From contig CAVAYV010000063.1 of assembly GCA_963593015.1 (NCBI GenBank), forward strand, positions 1 through 54,170: a stretch of 54,170 bases of DNA, in the 5' to 3' direction. Of this stretch, positions 1-12,500 are shown piece by piece. The translations under genes and the position numbers were made by a program. Numbering within the stretch: position 1 is the stretch's first letter; each line of letters starts with the position of its first letter. The stretch is from a bacterium (GTDB lineage Bacteria; Bacillota_I; Bacilli_A; RFN20; CAG-826). A model generated the notes under the pieces. The model saw only the letters and a list, made by a program, of their open reading frames with translations, was not told the origin of the DNA and did no database searches.

Positions 1-387
1 GCTTGTATAAGATACTCTCGCACACAATATCAGTCAAGCGGAAAATTAAAAAATTACGAAAAATTTTTGAAAAATATTTTTGGTGTAATTCCCATGCTCG
101 AAATTAATACAAATTTAAGGAATTATCCGCCTTTCTCAATGAAATTTAACCACTTCCAAAAAGACTAAATATTCTCTTTTATATCCTTATATATAAATAT
201 AAAGGGATTTTTTTCGCTCAGAAAATTAGGCTCGTTTATATATTTCTAGCGTCAATCTACAGATTCAACCTTTCTATCAAAACATGACTAATTTTCTATC
301 TGTTTATATTGCAAGACAATAAAAGATAAAATTGCTATAAACGCGGTTACCAATATTGAAGCTTTAAATTGTCAATATCCATAAATC

Positions 388-418
388 AAAACAAAAAAGG
401 CACCTCTTTCGAGATGCC
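388..418 (-). terminator. intrinsic terminator after tuf
   Basis: On the minus strand GGCATCTC-GAAA-GAGGTGCC is followed by TTTTTTGTTTT, starting 18 nt after the tuf stop. Confidence 0.8.
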
Positions 419-435
419 CAATTTTCTAGTTAGAA

Positions 436-1653
436 CTAGTGAAGGATGTCGGCGACGGTGCCAGCACCAACGGTCTTACCACCTTCGCGGATGGAGAACT
501 TGGTTCCCTTTTCAAGAGCGATAGCGTGGATTAATTCGACGGTGAAGGTAACGTTGTCACCAGGCATAACCATGTCGGTACCAGCTGGAAGAGTGATGCT
601 TCCGGTGATATCGGTGGTACGGAAGAAGAATTGTGGACGATAGCCGTTTAAGAAAGCGGTATGACGGCCACCTTCTTCTTTGGTTAAAATGTAAACCGCA
701 GCGGTGAATTTGTCGTGTGGGACGATCGATCCTGGCTTAGCAAGAACTTGGCCACGTTCGACTTGGTCGTGGGTGATACCACGGAGCAAGACACCGACGT
801 TGTCTCCGCCAGTGGCGAAGTCTAAGGTCTTACGGAACATTTCAAGACCGGTGATAACAGTCTTTTGGGTTGGACGGATGCCAACGATTTCGGCTTCGTC
901 ATTGATGTGAGCGACACCACGTTCGACTCTACCAGTGACGACGGTTCCACGACCAGAGATGGTGAGAACGTCTTCGATTGGGAGAAGGAATGGTTTGTCA
1001 TCTTCACGAGCTGGATCTGGGACATAGGTATCGAGAGCATTCAATAACTCACGGATGGAAGCGCAAGCTGGATCATCGAGAGAAGTAGCTTCGCCGGCCT
1101 TTTTGGCAGATCCACGAATGATTGGGGTATCATCGCCTGGGAATCCGTATTTGCTTAATAACTCACGGACGTCCATTTCGACGATGTCGATTAATTCTGG
1201 ATCATCGACCATATCGCATTTGTTGAGGTAGACGATGATATAAGGAACACCGACTTGACGAGCAAGTAAGACGTGTTCACGGGTTTGTGGCATAACGCCA
1301 TCAGCGGCTGAAACGACTAAGATACCAGCGTCCATTTGGGCGGCACCAGTAATCATGTTCTTGACGTAGTCAGCGTGCCCTGGGCAGTCAACGTGAGCGT
1401 AGTGACGCTTCGCAGTTTCATACTCTTCGTGGGCGGTATTGATTGTAATACCACGAGCTCTTTCTTCTGGGCTGCTGTCGATAGCGCTATAAGCCATATC
1501 GACGGCGTTTCCGTCTTTACCACCAGTGGCTTTTCCAACCATGGAAAGGACGTGGGTGATAGCGGCGGTAAGAGTGGTCTTACCGTGGTCGACGTGACCA
1601 ATGGTGCCAACGTTTAAGTGGACACGGTCACGGTTGAATTTTTCTTTTGCCAT
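436..1653 (-). CDS. tuf: translation elongation factor Tu
   Basis: 405-aa ORF that reads as EF-Tu over its full length. It has the [14 protein letters not shown] and NKCD GTPase motifs. A GGAGG RBS lies upstream. It is the last gene of the str cluster. Confidence 0.98.
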   Translation of the reverse strand: MAKEKFNRDRVHLNVGTIGHVDHGKTTLTAAITHVLSMVGKATGGKDGNAVDMAYSAIDSSPEERARGITINTAHEEYETAKRHYAHVDCPGHADYVKNMITGAAQMDAGILVVSAADGVMPQTREHVLLARQVGVPYIIVYLNKCDMVDDPELIDIVEMDVRELLSKYGFPGDDTPIIRGSAKKAGEATSLDDPACASIRELLNALDTYVPDPAREDDKPFLLPIEDVLTISGRGTVVTGRVERGVAHINDEAEIVGIRPTQKTVITGLEMFRKTLDFATGGDNVGVLLRGITHDQVERGQVLAKPGSIVPHDKFTAAVYILTKEEGGRHTAFLNGYRPQFFFRTTDITGSITLPAGTDMVMPGDNVTFTVELIHAIALEKGTKFSIREGGKTVGAGTVADILH

Positions 1654-1698
1654 TGTGTTTTTTCCTCCAAAAATGGTTTTGTAACGACACGCGAAATT

Positions 1699-1727
1699 AT
1701 ATTAGTGCAATAAATCGATTTTTACAA
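1699..1727 (-). promoter_or_regulatory. putative tuf-proximal sigma-A promoter in the fusA-tuf spacer
   Basis: Minus strand reads TTGTAA, a 17-nt spacer, then TAATAT, about 45 nt upstream of the tuf ATG. Confidence 0.45.
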
Positions 1728-1781
1728 TCACATTTACTTAAGTAATGGGACAAAATCTCACTACTTAAGTCATGTAAACGA

Positions 1782-3881
1782 TTAACGATTGCTCATTGCG
1801 TTCTTCTTGACGATCTCATCTTGGACAAAGCGTGGGCATTGTCCATAGTGATCAAAGGTCATCGTGAAGTTGCCTCTGCCCTGCGTTAAGGAGCGGAGGT
1901 CAGTAACGTAACCGAACATTTCAGCAAGTGGGACTTCACAAGAGACGACTTTGGCGTTGCCACGGACAGTCTCATTAGTTAAGTTACCACGTCTACGGCT
2001 GATATCGCCGATAACGTCACCATAATATTGTTCTGGAACAGTGACATCCACTTTCATGATTGGTTCGAGGATGACTGGTCCGCACTTATTCGCGGCTTCT
2101 TTAAGAGCCATGGAAGCGGCGATCTTATAAGCTGCTTCAGAGCTATCGACTTCGTGATAGCTTCCGTCGAATAAGGTAGCTTTGATGTCGATGGCTGGGA
2201 AGCCAGCGATCAAGCCTCTGTTCATAGCGTCAACTAAGCCAGCGTTTGTTGGTTTGATGAATTCCTTTGGAACGGAACCGCCGACAACGGCATCAACGAA
2301 TTCGAAGCCTTTGCCTGGGTTTGGTTCAAAGCGGAGCCAAACGTGACCATATTGACCATGACCACCGGATTGTTTGATGTATTTGCCTTCGCATTCAGCG
2401 GTCTTGGTGATGGTCTCACGATAGTTGACTTGCGGGGCACCGACGTTGACATCGACGTTGAATTCACGTCTCATGCGTTCAACAAGGATTTCAAGTTGAA
2501 GCTCACCGACGCCACCGATGATGGTTTGGCCGGTTTCGGCGTTGGTGTGGACACGGAAGGTTGGATCTTCTTCCGCGAGTTTTTGTAAGGCAACGGACAT
2601 CTTCTCAACGTCAGCTTTGGTCTTTGGCTCAACAGCTTCTTCCAAAACTGGCTCTGGGAATTCCATTTTCTCCAAAACGACTGGTTCGTTTGGATCAGTC
2701 AAGGTATCACCGGTGGTGGTTCCCTTTAAACCGATGACAGCGCCGATTTCACCAGCGTGTAAGACGCTGACTTCTTGACGGCGGTTAGAATGCATTAAGA
2801 CCAAACGGGCAATGCGTTCTTGGACGCCGCGGCTGCTGTTATAGACATAGGACCCGCTCTTCAATTCGCCTTGGTAGACACGAACGTAGGCCAAACGGCC
2901 GACGAATGGGTCAGTGGCGATCTTGAAGGCAAGACCGACGAACGGAGCGTCATCGGTGACTTGGCAAGTATATTCTTTGCCTTTTAATTCTCCTTTTTCA
3001 CCTGGAATATCAAGTGGGGATGGGAGATAGTCGATGACGGCATCAAGCAATAATTGGACGCCTTTGTTTTTGAAGGCGGTTCCGCAGAAGACTGGGAAGA
3101 ATTTGCCAGAGATAGTGGCTTTTCTCATGACGGCTTTGATTTCGTCAACGCTTGGCTCTTCTCCTTCAAGAACTTTCATCATAAGCTCATCATCATAAGA
3201 AGCGAGCTTTTCGATTAATTGTTGATGATAGAAGTTGGCTTTTTCTTTCAAATCATCTGGGATTGGTTTCTCGGTTGGGGCGTCATCTTTGTTGCCGGTG
3301 TAATACCAGGCAACCATTCTGACCAAATCGATTTCGCCGGTGAATTGGGATTCACGACCGATTGGATATTGGGCGGCGGCATAATCGACGCCGAGTCTCT
3401 CTTTGAGAGTGCTTAAGCACATTTCGAAGTCCGCGCCAATAGCATCCATCTTGTTGCAGAAGATGATTCTTGGGACCCCGTACTTATCAGCTTGGCGCCA
3501 AACGGTTTCGGTTTGTGGCTCGACGCCGTTTTTGGAATCAAGAACGGTGACGGCACCATCAAGAACGCGAAGCGAACGTTCAACTTCAACGGTGAAGTCG
3601 ACGTGCCCTGGAGTGTCGATGATATTGATACGATGGCCTTTCCAGAAGCAAGTTGTAGCGGAGCTAGTGATAGTGATACCACGCTCTTGCTCTTCTTCCA
3701 TCCAGTCCATGATGGCGGTTCCTTCGTGGACTTCGCCAATTTTGTGGGTTCTACCGGTGTAATAAAGGATACGTTCACTTGTCGTAGTTTTGCCTGCGTC
3801 AATGTGAGCCATAATGCCGATGTTGCGGGTATGAGGGAGGTCGTAAGTTTCCGACTCTTTAATCATATTCTCGTCAGCCAT
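1782..3881 (-). CDS. fusA: translation elongation factor G
   Basis: 699-aa ORF with [14 protein letters not shown] and NKMD motifs and EF-G domain order. It sits between rpsG and tuf. Confidence 0.98.
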   Translation of the reverse strand: MADENMIKESETYDLPHTRNIGIMAHIDAGKTTTSERILYYTGRTHKIGEVHEGTAIMDWMEEEQERGITITSSATTCFWKGHRINIIDTPGHVDFTVEVERSLRVLDGAVTVLDSKNGVEPQTETVWRQADKYGVPRIIFCNKMDAIGADFEMCLSTLKERLGVDYAAAQYPIGRESQFTGEIDLVRMVAWYYTGNKDDAPTEKPIPDDLKEKANFYHQQLIEKLASYDDELMMKVLEGEEPSVDEIKAVMRKATISGKFFPVFCGTAFKNKGVQLLLDAVIDYLPSPLDIPGEKGELKGKEYTCQVTDDAPFVGLAFKIATDPFVGRLAYVRVYQGELKSGSYVYNSSRGVQERIARLVLMHSNRRQEVSVLHAGEIGAVIGLKGTTTGDTLTDPNEPVVLEKMEFPEPVLEEAVEPKTKADVEKMSVALQKLAEEDPTFRVHTNAETGQTIIGGVGELQLEILVERMRREFNVDVNVGAPQVNYRETITKTAECEGKYIKQSGGHGQYGHVWLRFEPNPGKGFEFVDAVVGGSVPKEFIKPTNAGLVDAMNRGLIAGFPAIDIKATLFDGSYHEVDSSEAAYKIAASMALKEAANKCGPVILEPIMKVDVTVPEQYYGDVIGDISRRRGNLTNETVRGNAKVVSCEVPLAEMFGYVTDLRSLTQGRGNFTMTFDHYGQCPRFVQDEIVKKNAMSNR

Positions 3882-3896
3882 ATTTCTCTCCTTTGA

Positions 3897-4367
3897 TTAC
3901 CAGCGATAGTGGGCATAGGCTTTATTGGCCTCGGCCATCTTGTGGACGTCTTCTTTCTTCTTGACGGAAGCACCGCTGCCGTTGGCGGCATCGATGATTT
4001 CGGCGGCAAGTTTTTGTTCCATGGTCTTCTCGTTGCGGAGACGGCTATAGGTAACTAACCAGCGGAGTCCTAAGGTTTGTTTTCTTTCTGGGGAGACCTC
4101 GACTGGGACTTGATAGTTGGCAGCACCGATGCGGCGAACTTTCAATTCGACTTCTGGCATGATGTTGTTGATCGCGGTTGCAAAGACATCAATCGCTGGC
4201 TTTTGGGTCTTCTCTTCAATGATCTTGAAGGAATTGTAGATGATGGTTTGGGCGGTTCCGCGTTTGCCATCATACATTACACGGTTAATGAGACGAGTAA
4301 CGAGTTTGCTGTTATAAATTGGATCAGGAAGCACATCGCGCTTCTCAGTTTTACCTTTACGTGACAT
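3897..4367 (-). CDS. rpsG: 30S ribosomal protein S7 (uS7)
   Basis: 156 aa with the canonical uS7 N-terminus ([20 protein letters not shown]) and str operon position. Confidence 0.97.
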   Translation of the reverse strand: MSRKGKTEKRDVLPDPIYNSKLVTRLINRVMYDGKRGTAQTIIYNSFKIIEEKTQKPAIDVFATAINNIMPEVELKVRRIGAANYQVPVEVSPERKQTLGLRWLVTYSRLRNEKTMEQKLAAEIIDAANGSGASVKKKEDVHKMAEANKAYAHYRW

Positions 4368-4382
4368 TGTTATTCTCCTCTA

Positions 4383-4802
4383 CTACTCGCTCTTGGCAGG
4401 CTTCTTGGTTCCATACAAGGAACGGCCTTGGCGACGGGCATCGATACCCGCGCAGTCTAAGCATCCGCGAACGATGTGATAACGGACACCTGGAAGATCC
4501 TTGACACGACCACCGCGGATCATGACGGTGCTGTGCTCTTGAAGGTTGTGGCCTTCTCCGCCGATATAAGCAGTGACTTCATAGCCATTGGATAAGCGGA
4601 CACGAGCATACTTACGAAGCGCTGAGTTTGGCTTCTTTGGGGTCATAGTGCCAACACGAGTGCAGACGCCACGTTTTTGGGCACTAGCTTGGTTGGTCGA
4701 CTTCTTAGTAAGACTGTTGTAGCGTTTGCCAAGAGCTGGGGTCTTTGATTTTTTCGCAGCAGTGTGGCGGCCTTGTCTCACCAATTGATTGATTGTAGGC
4801 AT
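4383..4802 (-). CDS. rpsL: 30S ribosomal protein S12 (uS12)
   Basis: The conserved N-terminus [11 protein letters not shown] begins at the ATG at 4802, preceded by an AGGAGA RBS. The track ORF extends to 4874, but that extension runs into the promoter and leader. Confidence 0.96.
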   Translation of the reverse strand: MPTINQLVRQGRHTAAKKSKTPALGKRYNSLTKKSTNQASAQKRGVCTRVGTMTPKKPNSALRKYARVRLSNGYEVTAYIGGEGHNLQEHSTVMIRGGRVKDLPGVRYHIVRGCLDCAGIDARRQGRSLYGTKKPAKSE

Positions 4803-4858
4803 TTTCTTTCTCCTATTTCTAACGCAAGGAAATACGCATTTCTTCGCGCGCAAGGGGA

Positions 4859-4887
4859 AGTTTACGCTTAGCAAATTAGGCTGTCAA
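4859..4887 (-). promoter_or_regulatory. str operon promoter
   Basis: Minus strand reads TTGACA, a 17-nt spacer, then TAAACT, about 55 nt upstream of the rpsL ATG. Confidence 0.6.
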
Positions 4888-4992
4888 CAAAGAAATTGTC
4901 GAAACTTTTTAATTTATGATACGCTCGGTTCGGTGGACTTCAAAATAAGGCATTTTTATATTTAACCAATCATAAGATTATTTTATCTTTAT

Positions 4993-5019
4993 AAAGAAAA
5001 AGAGATTCTTTCGAACCTC
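4993..5019 (-). terminator. intrinsic terminator after the zinc-ribbon membrane protein gene
   Basis: Minus strand GAGGTTC-GAAA-GAATCTC is followed by TTTTTCTTT. Confidence 0.65.
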
Positions 5020-5025
5020 TTCCAT

Positions 5026-5439
5026 TCATTTTAGGTTTTTAAAGGCGATGGCCCACAAAATTATTACAAGCACAATCCAGAAAACGAAGAATGCCAAACC
5101 GACATACGTTCTCTTTTTAGCTCCTGGGCTAGGATTTTTGCACAATGTTATGATTCCAAAGACAGGGCCTAATAACCCGCCTAATATTCCAAAAATCAGG
5201 GCTAGATAAGAAAATATCTCACTATCTTCGTCGTAAGTCTTGCTATTATATTTATAATGTTCCTCGTATTCTTTGTTCAAATAAGCATCGCTCTTATTCG
5301 ATTCATGGCAATTTGAAGTATACGGATCGTTTGGCTGACTATATTCATCTTCGTCTAGCTCATATGTTCTAGCGCCACATTTTGGGCAATAGTCCATATC
5401 GTCAGAGCGATTTTCTTTGCAATTTGGACAATATCTCAT
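5026..5439 (-). CDS. zinc-ribbon domain membrane protein (N-terminal CxxC..CxxC, acidic linker, two C-terminal TM helices)
   Basis: 137-aa ORF. It has CPNC...CPKC in the first 22 aa and hydrophobic segments FSYLALIFGILGGLLGPVFGIITL and VGLAFFVFWIVLVIILWAIAF. It is bracketed by terminators on both sides. Confidence 0.7.
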   Translation of the reverse strand: MRYCPNCKENRSDDMDYCPKCGARTYELDEDEYSQPNDPYTSNCHESNKSDAYLNKEYEEHYKYNSKTYDEDSEIFSYLALIFGILGGLLGPVFGIITLCKNPSPGAKKRTYVGLAFFVFWIVLVIILWAIAFKNLK

Positions 5440-5485
5440 AAGTTCAATATATCATATAATTTCTTTAAGTAAATAAAGTGTATCT

Positions 5486-5523
5486 CAAAAACAAGAAAAG
5501 CGTAGCCTTTTGAAAGCTACGCT
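5486..5523 (-). terminator. intrinsic terminator after rpoC
   Basis: Minus strand AGCGTAGC-loop-GCTACGCT is followed by TTTCTTGTTTTT, 6 nt after the rpoC stop. Confidence 0.8.
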
Positions 5524-5528
5524 AAATC

Positions 5529-8500
5529 TTATTCTTCGATCGCCTCGGTCAATTCGGAATCGGAATCTTCTTCCGTTTCTTCATTTTCCTTGCGGTCATG
5601 ATCTTCGAAGTAGGTATCACGAACCTCTTTCATTTTGTCTTTGACGGTGAATTTGGATAAGCGTTCAACTTCTTCTTCGATGCTTAAGCGACCAGTTCCC
5701 GCTGGAATTAGCTTACCGGTGATGACGTTCTCTTTTAAGCCATGGAGAGAATCTCTCTTGGCTTTGATGGCGGCATCGGTAAGGACACGGGTGGTCTCTT
5801 GGAAGGAAGCGGCGGATAAGAAGCTATCGGTCTCAAGGGCGGCCTTGGTGATTCCAAGGACCAATGGATGAGCGACAGCTGGGCGTTTCCCGTTGATGAG
5901 AGCGTATTGGTTCTCAGCAGTGAAACGGTCCATATCCACGCGGGTTCCAGGGAGCAAGTTTGTGTCTCCTCCGTCAACGACCACGAATTTGCGGAGCATT
6001 TGACGGATGATGATTTCAAGGTGTTTATCAGAGATGCCAATACCTTGAGCGGCATAGACTTTCTGAATTTCCTTGATCATATAGACCTCGACTTTCTCGA
6101 CGTCAGCGACTTCAAGAAGCTGTTTTGGATTGACAGCGCCTTCGGTGATCTTTCCACCAGCTTCGACATGATCGCCTTCATGGACACGCAAACGGGCACC
6201 ATACGCGGTCATATATTCTTTGGTCTCAGGTCCTTCTGGCTGCTCGGCTGTATGAGCGGAGGAGCTAGTGACGACGACTCTATAACGTCCGCCTTCGACG
6301 TTTTCAATCGTGGTGACTGTGCCGTCGATTTCGGAGATAAGAGCTTCGCCTTTTGGATTACGGGCCTCAACGATTTCTTGAACACGAGGTAAACCTTGGG
6401 TGATATCGCTGCCGGCGACACCGCCGCCGTGGAAGACACGAAGTGTTAATTGAGTACCTGGCTCACCAATGGATTGGGCGGCCATGATACCGACCGCATC
6501 GCCAACTTCGACAAGTCTGCCAGTCGCCATGTTACGACCATAGCAGTGTTGGCAAACGCCGTTTTTGGTTTCGCAGGTGAAGATGGAGCGAATTTCCACT
6601 TCCTTGATTCCCGCTTTGACAATCGCGGCAGCCTGTTCATCGCTGATCATGGTGTTGCCTTTGACAAGGACATTGCCTTTGTCATCAACGACATCATGCA
6701 TCGCGAAACGGCCGATGAGACGGTCTTTCAAGGTGACAACGATGGAATTTTCGGCAGTATTGCGAATCTCTCTAACAATGAAGCCATGATCGCAATGGCA
6801 ATCCTCTTCACGGACGATGACATCTTGCGCGACGTCGACAAGACGGCGGGTAAGATAACCAGAGTCAGCGGTCTTAAGAGCGGTATCGGCACCACCCTTA
6901 CGAGCGCCGTGCGTATTGATGAAGAACTCGCCGACGGTTAAGCCTTCTCTATAGCCAGAGACGATAGGAAGTTCAATCGCTTCGTTCTTCGGGTTCGAAA
7001 CCAGACCCTTCATACCGATCAACTGAGCGAAGTTACCAGTGTTACCACGAGCGCCAGATTCAGCCATGACGACTAATGGGTTGCGCTTATCGCTGGAGAT
7101 AGCCTCTTTGACAAGATCAGTGACTTGGTCTGTGACCTTGTTCCAGACGGCGACGACTTGGTTATGACGTTCTTTGTCGGACATGTAACCTTCTTTATAA
7201 AGTTCGGTTATCTTGTCGACTTGCTCATAGCCTTTGTTGACGATTTCGTATTTGCCATGGACCGAGTTAATGTCACTTCCAGCGACTGTGACGGCGCTGA
7301 TGGTGGAATACTCAAATCCTTGGTCTTTGATCTTGTCTAAGATCGCGCTCGTTTTAGAAGGTGTGCCTTCAACACGAGCAGGATTATTCATATCGTATTT
7401 ATGGAAGATGATATCGATCAAGGAGCCTAATCTCTTCTTATTGATAGGAAGGTTCACTGGATGAGAGTGAATGGCTTCTTTGATATCGGTGCCTTTTTCC
7501 ACGAACCATCCTTTGACGACATCGATCTTCGATTCCGGATCGCTATTGATGAAGCGGAAATCATCTGGGAAGATCTCGTTGAAGATGACCTTGCCAACGC
7601 TAGTGAGCATGTATTTGCCTTTCGCGAAATATGGAAGACCATAATCATTGATGTTATCTGGGTCGGTTTCAGGGGCAAAAGTCTTATGGAGGGATTCGCT
7701 ACGAATGGCAATACGGTTATGCAAGCCAATCGCATGAGTCTCATAAGCGTGGAAGACTTCGGAAACTGAGGAGAAGACGCTGCCTTCCATGGAAGCAAAG
7801 CGTTCATATTCAAGAGCTTGTTCTTCATTCGCGGCTTTTTCGCCTAAATTGCTATCATAGATCTTGATGGAACGCAATTTGGCAACACGAGCTAGATAAT
7901 CTTCTTTGGTCTCTTCAAGGGTGAGCCAATAGTTACCGACGATCATATCCTGAGAAGGAATGACGATTGGTTTGCCATCCTTTGGACCAAGAATATTATT
8001 GGAAGCGAGCATCAAATCGAGCGCTTCTTCTTGGGCAGCTTTGCCTAATGGGACGTGAACAGCCATCTGGTCACCATCGAAGTCAGCGTTGAAGCCAGTG
8101 CAAACGAGTGGGTGCAAACGGATAGCGTGTCCATCGACAAGCTTTGGTTGGAAGGCTTGGATGCCAAGTCTATGCAAGGTTGGAGCGCGGTTTAAGAGAA
8201 CTGGGTGCTCCCCGATGATCTCTTCGACGATGTCATAAACGATTGAATCATAACGGTCGATGATCTTATCGGCTTGCTTATGAGCGGTCACATATCCGCG
8301 TTTGATTAACAAGGCGGCGATGAATGGACGGAGCAATTGGATAGCCATCTCGCGAGGGAGTCCGCATTGATACATCTTAAGATCTGGTCCGACCGCGATG
8401 ACGGAACGGCCAGAATAATCAACACGCTTGCCGAGCAAGTTTTGACGGAAGCGTCCTTGCTTGCCTTTTAAGCCACTTGAGAGAGACTTCAAAGCGCGGC

Positions 8501-9560
8501 CATTAGGGCCAGTGACTGGTTTAGAGCGGCGGCCATTGTCAATCAAGGCATCGACCGCTTCTTGAAGCATACGTTTTTCATTCATGAGAATGACGTATGG
8601 GGCGTTCATATCGATAAGCTTCTTCAAACGGGTGTTACGGGAGATGACACGGCGATACAAATCGTTCAAATCGCTCGCGGCGAATCTTCCGCCGTCTAAT
8701 TGAAGCATCGGGCGCAAATCCGGTGGGATGACCGGGATGACATCCAAAATCATCCATTCTGGTTTTTGGTTGCTGTCGCGGAAAGATTGAATGACTTCAA
8801 GTCTCTTCGTTAATTTCAGACGGCGTTGGCCATTCAATTCGCTGATTTCTTCGCTGATTTTCTTGAATTCTTTATCAAGATCAATCTCTTGAAGAAGGCG
8901 TTTGATGGCAGCGGCGCCTTCGCCGAATTCCGCACCGGTGTACTTATAGATGAAGTTAGCATTGGTGAAGAAGTCGAAAGTTTCGTTTGGATTTTGCATC
9001 TTGGCGATTAAATCGTCGGCAAGGGTAGCATCCGCGCTTTCGGCTGGAATCTCTGGCTTCAATTCGTTGATGGCGTCCACAAAGACGACACGGCAAGTCT
9101 TCTCATCTAAGAATTGACGATAGGTGAGAACGGTGCTAGTGCCTGGATTCAAAACCACGTGAGCGGCGAAATAAATGATTTCCTCGAGCTCTTTTGGCGA
9201 CATTTCAAGCACCAAGCCCATGCGGGAAGGGATGCCTTTCAAATACCAAATATGGGAGCAAGGAGAAACTAATTCGATATGGCCGAATCTTTCTCTTCTC
9301 CATTCTTTGGAGATGACTTCGACACCGCATTTCTCGCAAGTGATTCCTTGGTAGCGGATCTTTTTGTATTTGCCGCAATGGCATTCATAGTCTTTGGCTG
9401 GACCGAAAATCTTTTCGCAGAATAATCCGCCCATTTCAGGTTTTTGACTACGGTAGTTAATGGTTTCTGGACGAGTGACTTCCCCATGGCTCCATCCACG
9501 AATGGTTTCAGGAGAGGCAAGGCCAACTTGCATCGCCGCTAATTCATTGATATCAAACAT
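5529..9560 (-). CDS. rpoC: DNA-directed RNA polymerase subunit beta'
   Basis: 1343-aa ORF with the NADFDGDQM catalytic motif, an N-terminal zinc-binding Cys cluster and an acidic C-terminal tail. It directly follows rpoB. Confidence 0.98.
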   Translation of the reverse strand: MFDINELAAMQVGLASPETIRGWSHGEVTRPETINYRSQKPEMGGLFCEKIFGPAKDYECHCGKYKKIRYQGITCEKCGVEVISKEWRRERFGHIELVSPCSHIWYLKGIPSRMGLVLEMSPKELEEIIYFAAHVVLNPGTSTVLTYRQFLDEKTCRVVFVDAINELKPEIPAESADATLADDLIAKMQNPNETFDFFTNANFIYKYTGAEFGEGAAAIKRLLQEIDLDKEFKKISEEISELNGQRRLKLTKRLEVIQSFRDSNQKPEWMILDVIPVIPPDLRPMLQLDGGRFAASDLNDLYRRVISRNTRLKKLIDMNAPYVILMNEKRMLQEAVDALIDNGRRSKPVTGPNGRALKSLSSGLKGKQGRFRQNLLGKRVDYSGRSVIAVGPDLKMYQCGLPREMAIQLLRPFIAALLIKRGYVTAHKQADKIIDRYDSIVYDIVEEIIGEHPVLLNRAPTLHRLGIQAFQPKLVDGHAIRLHPLVCTGFNADFDGDQMAVHVPLGKAAQEEALDLMLASNNILGPKDGKPIVIPSQDMIVGNYWLTLEETKEDYLARVAKLRSIKIYDSNLGEKAANEEQALEYERFASMEGSVFSSVSEVFHAYETHAIGLHNRIAIRSESLHKTFAPETDPDNINDYGLPYFAKGKYMLTSVGKVIFNEIFPDDFRFINSDPESKIDVVKGWFVEKGTDIKEAIHSHPVNLPINKKRLGSLIDIIFHKYDMNNPARVEGTPSKTSAILDKIKDQGFEYSTISAVTVAGSDINSVHGKYEIVNKGYEQVDKITELYKEGYMSDKERHNQVVAVWNKVTDQVTDLVKEAISSDKRNPLVVMAESGARGNTGNFAQLIGMKGLVSNPKNEAIELPIVSGYREGLTVGEFFINTHGARKGGADTALKTADSGYLTRRLVDVAQDVIVREEDCHCDHGFIVREIRNTAENSIVVTLKDRLIGRFAMHDVVDDKGNVLVKGNTMISDEQAAAIVKAGIKEVEIRSIFTCETKNGVCQHCYGRNMATGRLVEVGDAVGIMAAQSIGEPGTQLTLRVFHGGGVAGSDITQGLPRVQEIVEARNPKGEALISEIDGTVTTIENVEGGRYRVVVTSSSAHTAEQPEGPETKEYMTAYGARLRVHEGDHVEAGGKITEGAVNPKQLLEVADVEKVEVYMIKEIQKVYAAQGIGISDKHLEIIIRQMLRKFVVVDGGDTNLLPGTRVDMDRFTAENQYALINGKRPAVAHPLVLGITKAALETDSFLSAASFQETTRVLTDAAIKAKRDSLHGLKENVITGKLIPAGTGRLSIEEEVERLSKFTVKDKMKEVRDTYFEDHDRKENEETEEDSDSELTEAIEE

Positions 9561-9575
9561 GATTTAGTTACCTCC

Positions 9576-12500
9576 TTATTCCTCGTCTCCGGCATCTCCG
9601 GCTGCGCCAGAGAGGATAGAGAGTCCTTCTTCTTCCATCGCTTCATCGTTAGAAGGCTCATTGACTTCTTCAGTCTCACGAGCTTCTTCTTCGCGAGGAG
9701 AAGTCATATTGCGAATGGCGCTATTGACTTTGCGCTCTTCGATTAAAGCTTCTTTCGCTAAATCGTCCATAGAGATGGCTTCGTCTTCGTGGTCATATAA
9801 GTGAACGTCGACGCATAAGCCCTTAAGTTCTTTGGTGAAGACCTTGAAGGCTTCAGGCATTCCTGGACGTGGGAGAGACATGCCTTTGATAATGGCTTCA
9901 TAGGCTTTTCTTCTGCCGACTCTGTCATCGCTCTTGACGGTCATCATTTCTTGCAAGACATGGGCGGCGCCATAGGCTTCAAGAGCCCAGACTTCCATTT
10001 CACCAAATCTCTGACCGCCGTTTTGGGCTTTGCCGCCGAGAGGCTGCTGCGTGACTAAGCTATATGGGCCAGTGGCACGGGCATGAAGCTTATCATCGAC
10101 CATGTGAACGAGCTTAATCATATACATAACGCCGACGGAAATACGTTCCGCGAAGCGCTCGCCGGTTTGTCCATCGTACAAGATGGCCTTTCCGTCTTCG
10201 GAAATGCCAGCCTTGGCCATGAGGTCTTTGATTTCGCTGTCGTTAGCGCCATCGAAAACCGGAGTGGACACGCGTAAGCCTAATTTTTGGCAAGCTAAAC
10301 CTAAATGGACTTCGCTGATCTGACCGATGTTCATACGGGAAGGAACGCCCATTGGGGAAAGCATGATATCGATTGGGGTGCCATCTGGAAGGAATGGCAT
10401 ATCCTCGACTGGCAAGATCTTCGAGATAACGCCTTTGTTACCATGACGTCCAGACATCTTATCGCCCTCGGAGATTTTTCTCTTTTGAACGATATAGACA
10501 CGGATCTTCTCGATAACGCCAGGGGCAAGAGGATCTTTGTTTTTGCGGGAATAGGTTCTAACGCCTAAGACAATTCCAGCACCGCCGTGTGGGACGCGCA
10601 AGGAGCTGTCTTTGCCGTCTTTGGTCTTTTCGCCGAAGATAGCCATAAGGAGTTTTTCTTCTGGGGTTGGCTCGGTTTGTCCTTTTGGAGTGGTCTTACC
10701 AACCAAGATATCGCCTTCTTTGACTTCAGCGCCAGGGATGATGATGCCTCTTTCATCCAAGAAAGTTTTGGCTTCATCGCTGACATTTGGGATGTCACGT
10801 GTGATGGTTTCGTTGCCTAATTTGGTTTCACGGCATTCAAGATCATGGCATTCGATGTGGATTGTGGTATAGGTATCATCCTTAACCATTCTCTCAGAAA
10901 GAATGACCGCGTCTTCGTAGTTATAGCCGTGCCAAGTCATATAGGCGATAAGGACGTTTTGGCCAAGGGCCAATTCGCCATTTCTCATAGCTGGGCCATC
11001 GGCAATGACGCTGCCTTTTTTAACTTTGTCTCCAACTTTGACGATGGAGTTTTGGTTAATGCAGGTGCCATTGTTGCTGCGATCGAATTTTTGGAGTTTG
11101 TAGACGTGTTTGGTATTTCCTTCTTTGACTTCGATGCTCTTGCTATCGGTGTAGGTGACAACGCCATCTTCCGTAGCGACAACCGCTAAACCAGAGTCAC
11201 GGGCGATAACTCCTTCCATGCCAGTGCCAACGCGTGGAAGCGATGGACGGAGCAAAGGAAGGGCTTGACGTTGCATGTTGGCACCCATCAAAGCACGGTG
11301 GGAGTCGTCGTTTTCAAGGAATGGAATACAAGCAGTCGCAATAGAGACGACTTGTTTTGGAGAAACGTCAACATAAGAGATGCGGGATTTGTGAACACGG
11401 GTGTTGTCATCGTCATGACGGCAGACAACCTCGTCTTCGATGATTTCTTTGACAAGAGTCTTCTCGCCGTCGAGGGTGATTTCCACTGGCTCGCCTAACT
11501 TGACGTTAGCTTCAGCGATATATAAGCCTCTTTCATCATCCGCGCTCAAATATTCGGCTTTGTCAGAGACATAATCGTGGCCATTCTCGTGGATGACGAT
11601 ACGATATGGGGTTTGAATAAAGCCATATTTGTTAATGCGGGCATAGGTGCAAAGGTTATTGATAAGACCAATGTTTTGTCCTTCAGGCGTTTCGATAGGG
11701 CAGATACGTCCATAATGAGTGTAATGAACGTCACGAACTTCCATGGAAACGCGCTTTCTGGCTAAACCGCCAGGACCAAGCGCGGAAATGCGGCGCTTAT
11801 TGGTCAATTCGGCCAAAGGATTGGTTTGATCCATGAATTGAGAAAGCTGGCTGGAAGCGAAGAATTCGCGAACAGAGCTAGTCAAAGGACGAATGTTGAT
11901 CAGGGATTGCGGCTTGGCACTCGACAAATCGGAGATCGACATTTTTTGTTGGACGGTTTTGGCCATTTTGGTCAAACCGATCCGGAATTGGGTTTGGAGA
12001 AGCTCTCCGACGCAGCGCACGCGGCGGTTGCCTAAATGATCGATATCATCGGTTTCGCCGATACCATCTTGAATATTGCAGAAATAAGAGAAGCAAGCGA
12101 CGATGTCAGAGATGGTGACGCGTGGAAGAGTCGTGTTCAAATCGGTACCAATGATGGAAACGACTTTTTCGCTTGTTTTGTCATTGGCGTAGACTTTGAC
12201 GACATTGACGGTGGTGTTGGTATCAATGGCGCTATTGGCGGAAAGTTTCTTTTCCATCGCGCCATTTTCAAACACTTCATGGTCGTGCAAATATTCGACA
12301 TCGCTCTTGGTGAGTTTGTAGCCGGAGACAAAAGCTTCGCCAGTTTCTTCATTGCAAATGACTTCACCATTGGCGTCAGTCAAATTTTCGGCAAGGATAC
12401 GGCCAGCCAAGCGGTCATAAATGCCTAACTTTTGAGCATATTTAAAACGTCCGGCTCTACCTAAGTCATAACGTTTTTCATCAAAGAATCTTTGGACTAA

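Noticed and set aside
3492-3896. 134-aa plus-strand ORF inside fusA. Many similar antisense or off-frame ORFs occur inside tuf, fusA, rpoC, rpoB and the ribosomal protein genes (for example 5868-6392, 6450-6941, 12036-12428, 40433-40936, 41400-41846, 46072-46551).
   Set aside because: They lie entirely within strongly supported conserved genes on the other strand or in another frame. They have low-complexity, non-protein-like sequences. They are the expected by-product of the G/C-rich third positions of those genes.
4803-4874. N-terminal 24-aa extension of rpsL in the ORF track.
   Set aside because: The conserved uS12 start with a good RBS is at 4802. The extension overlaps the -10 element of the str promoter.
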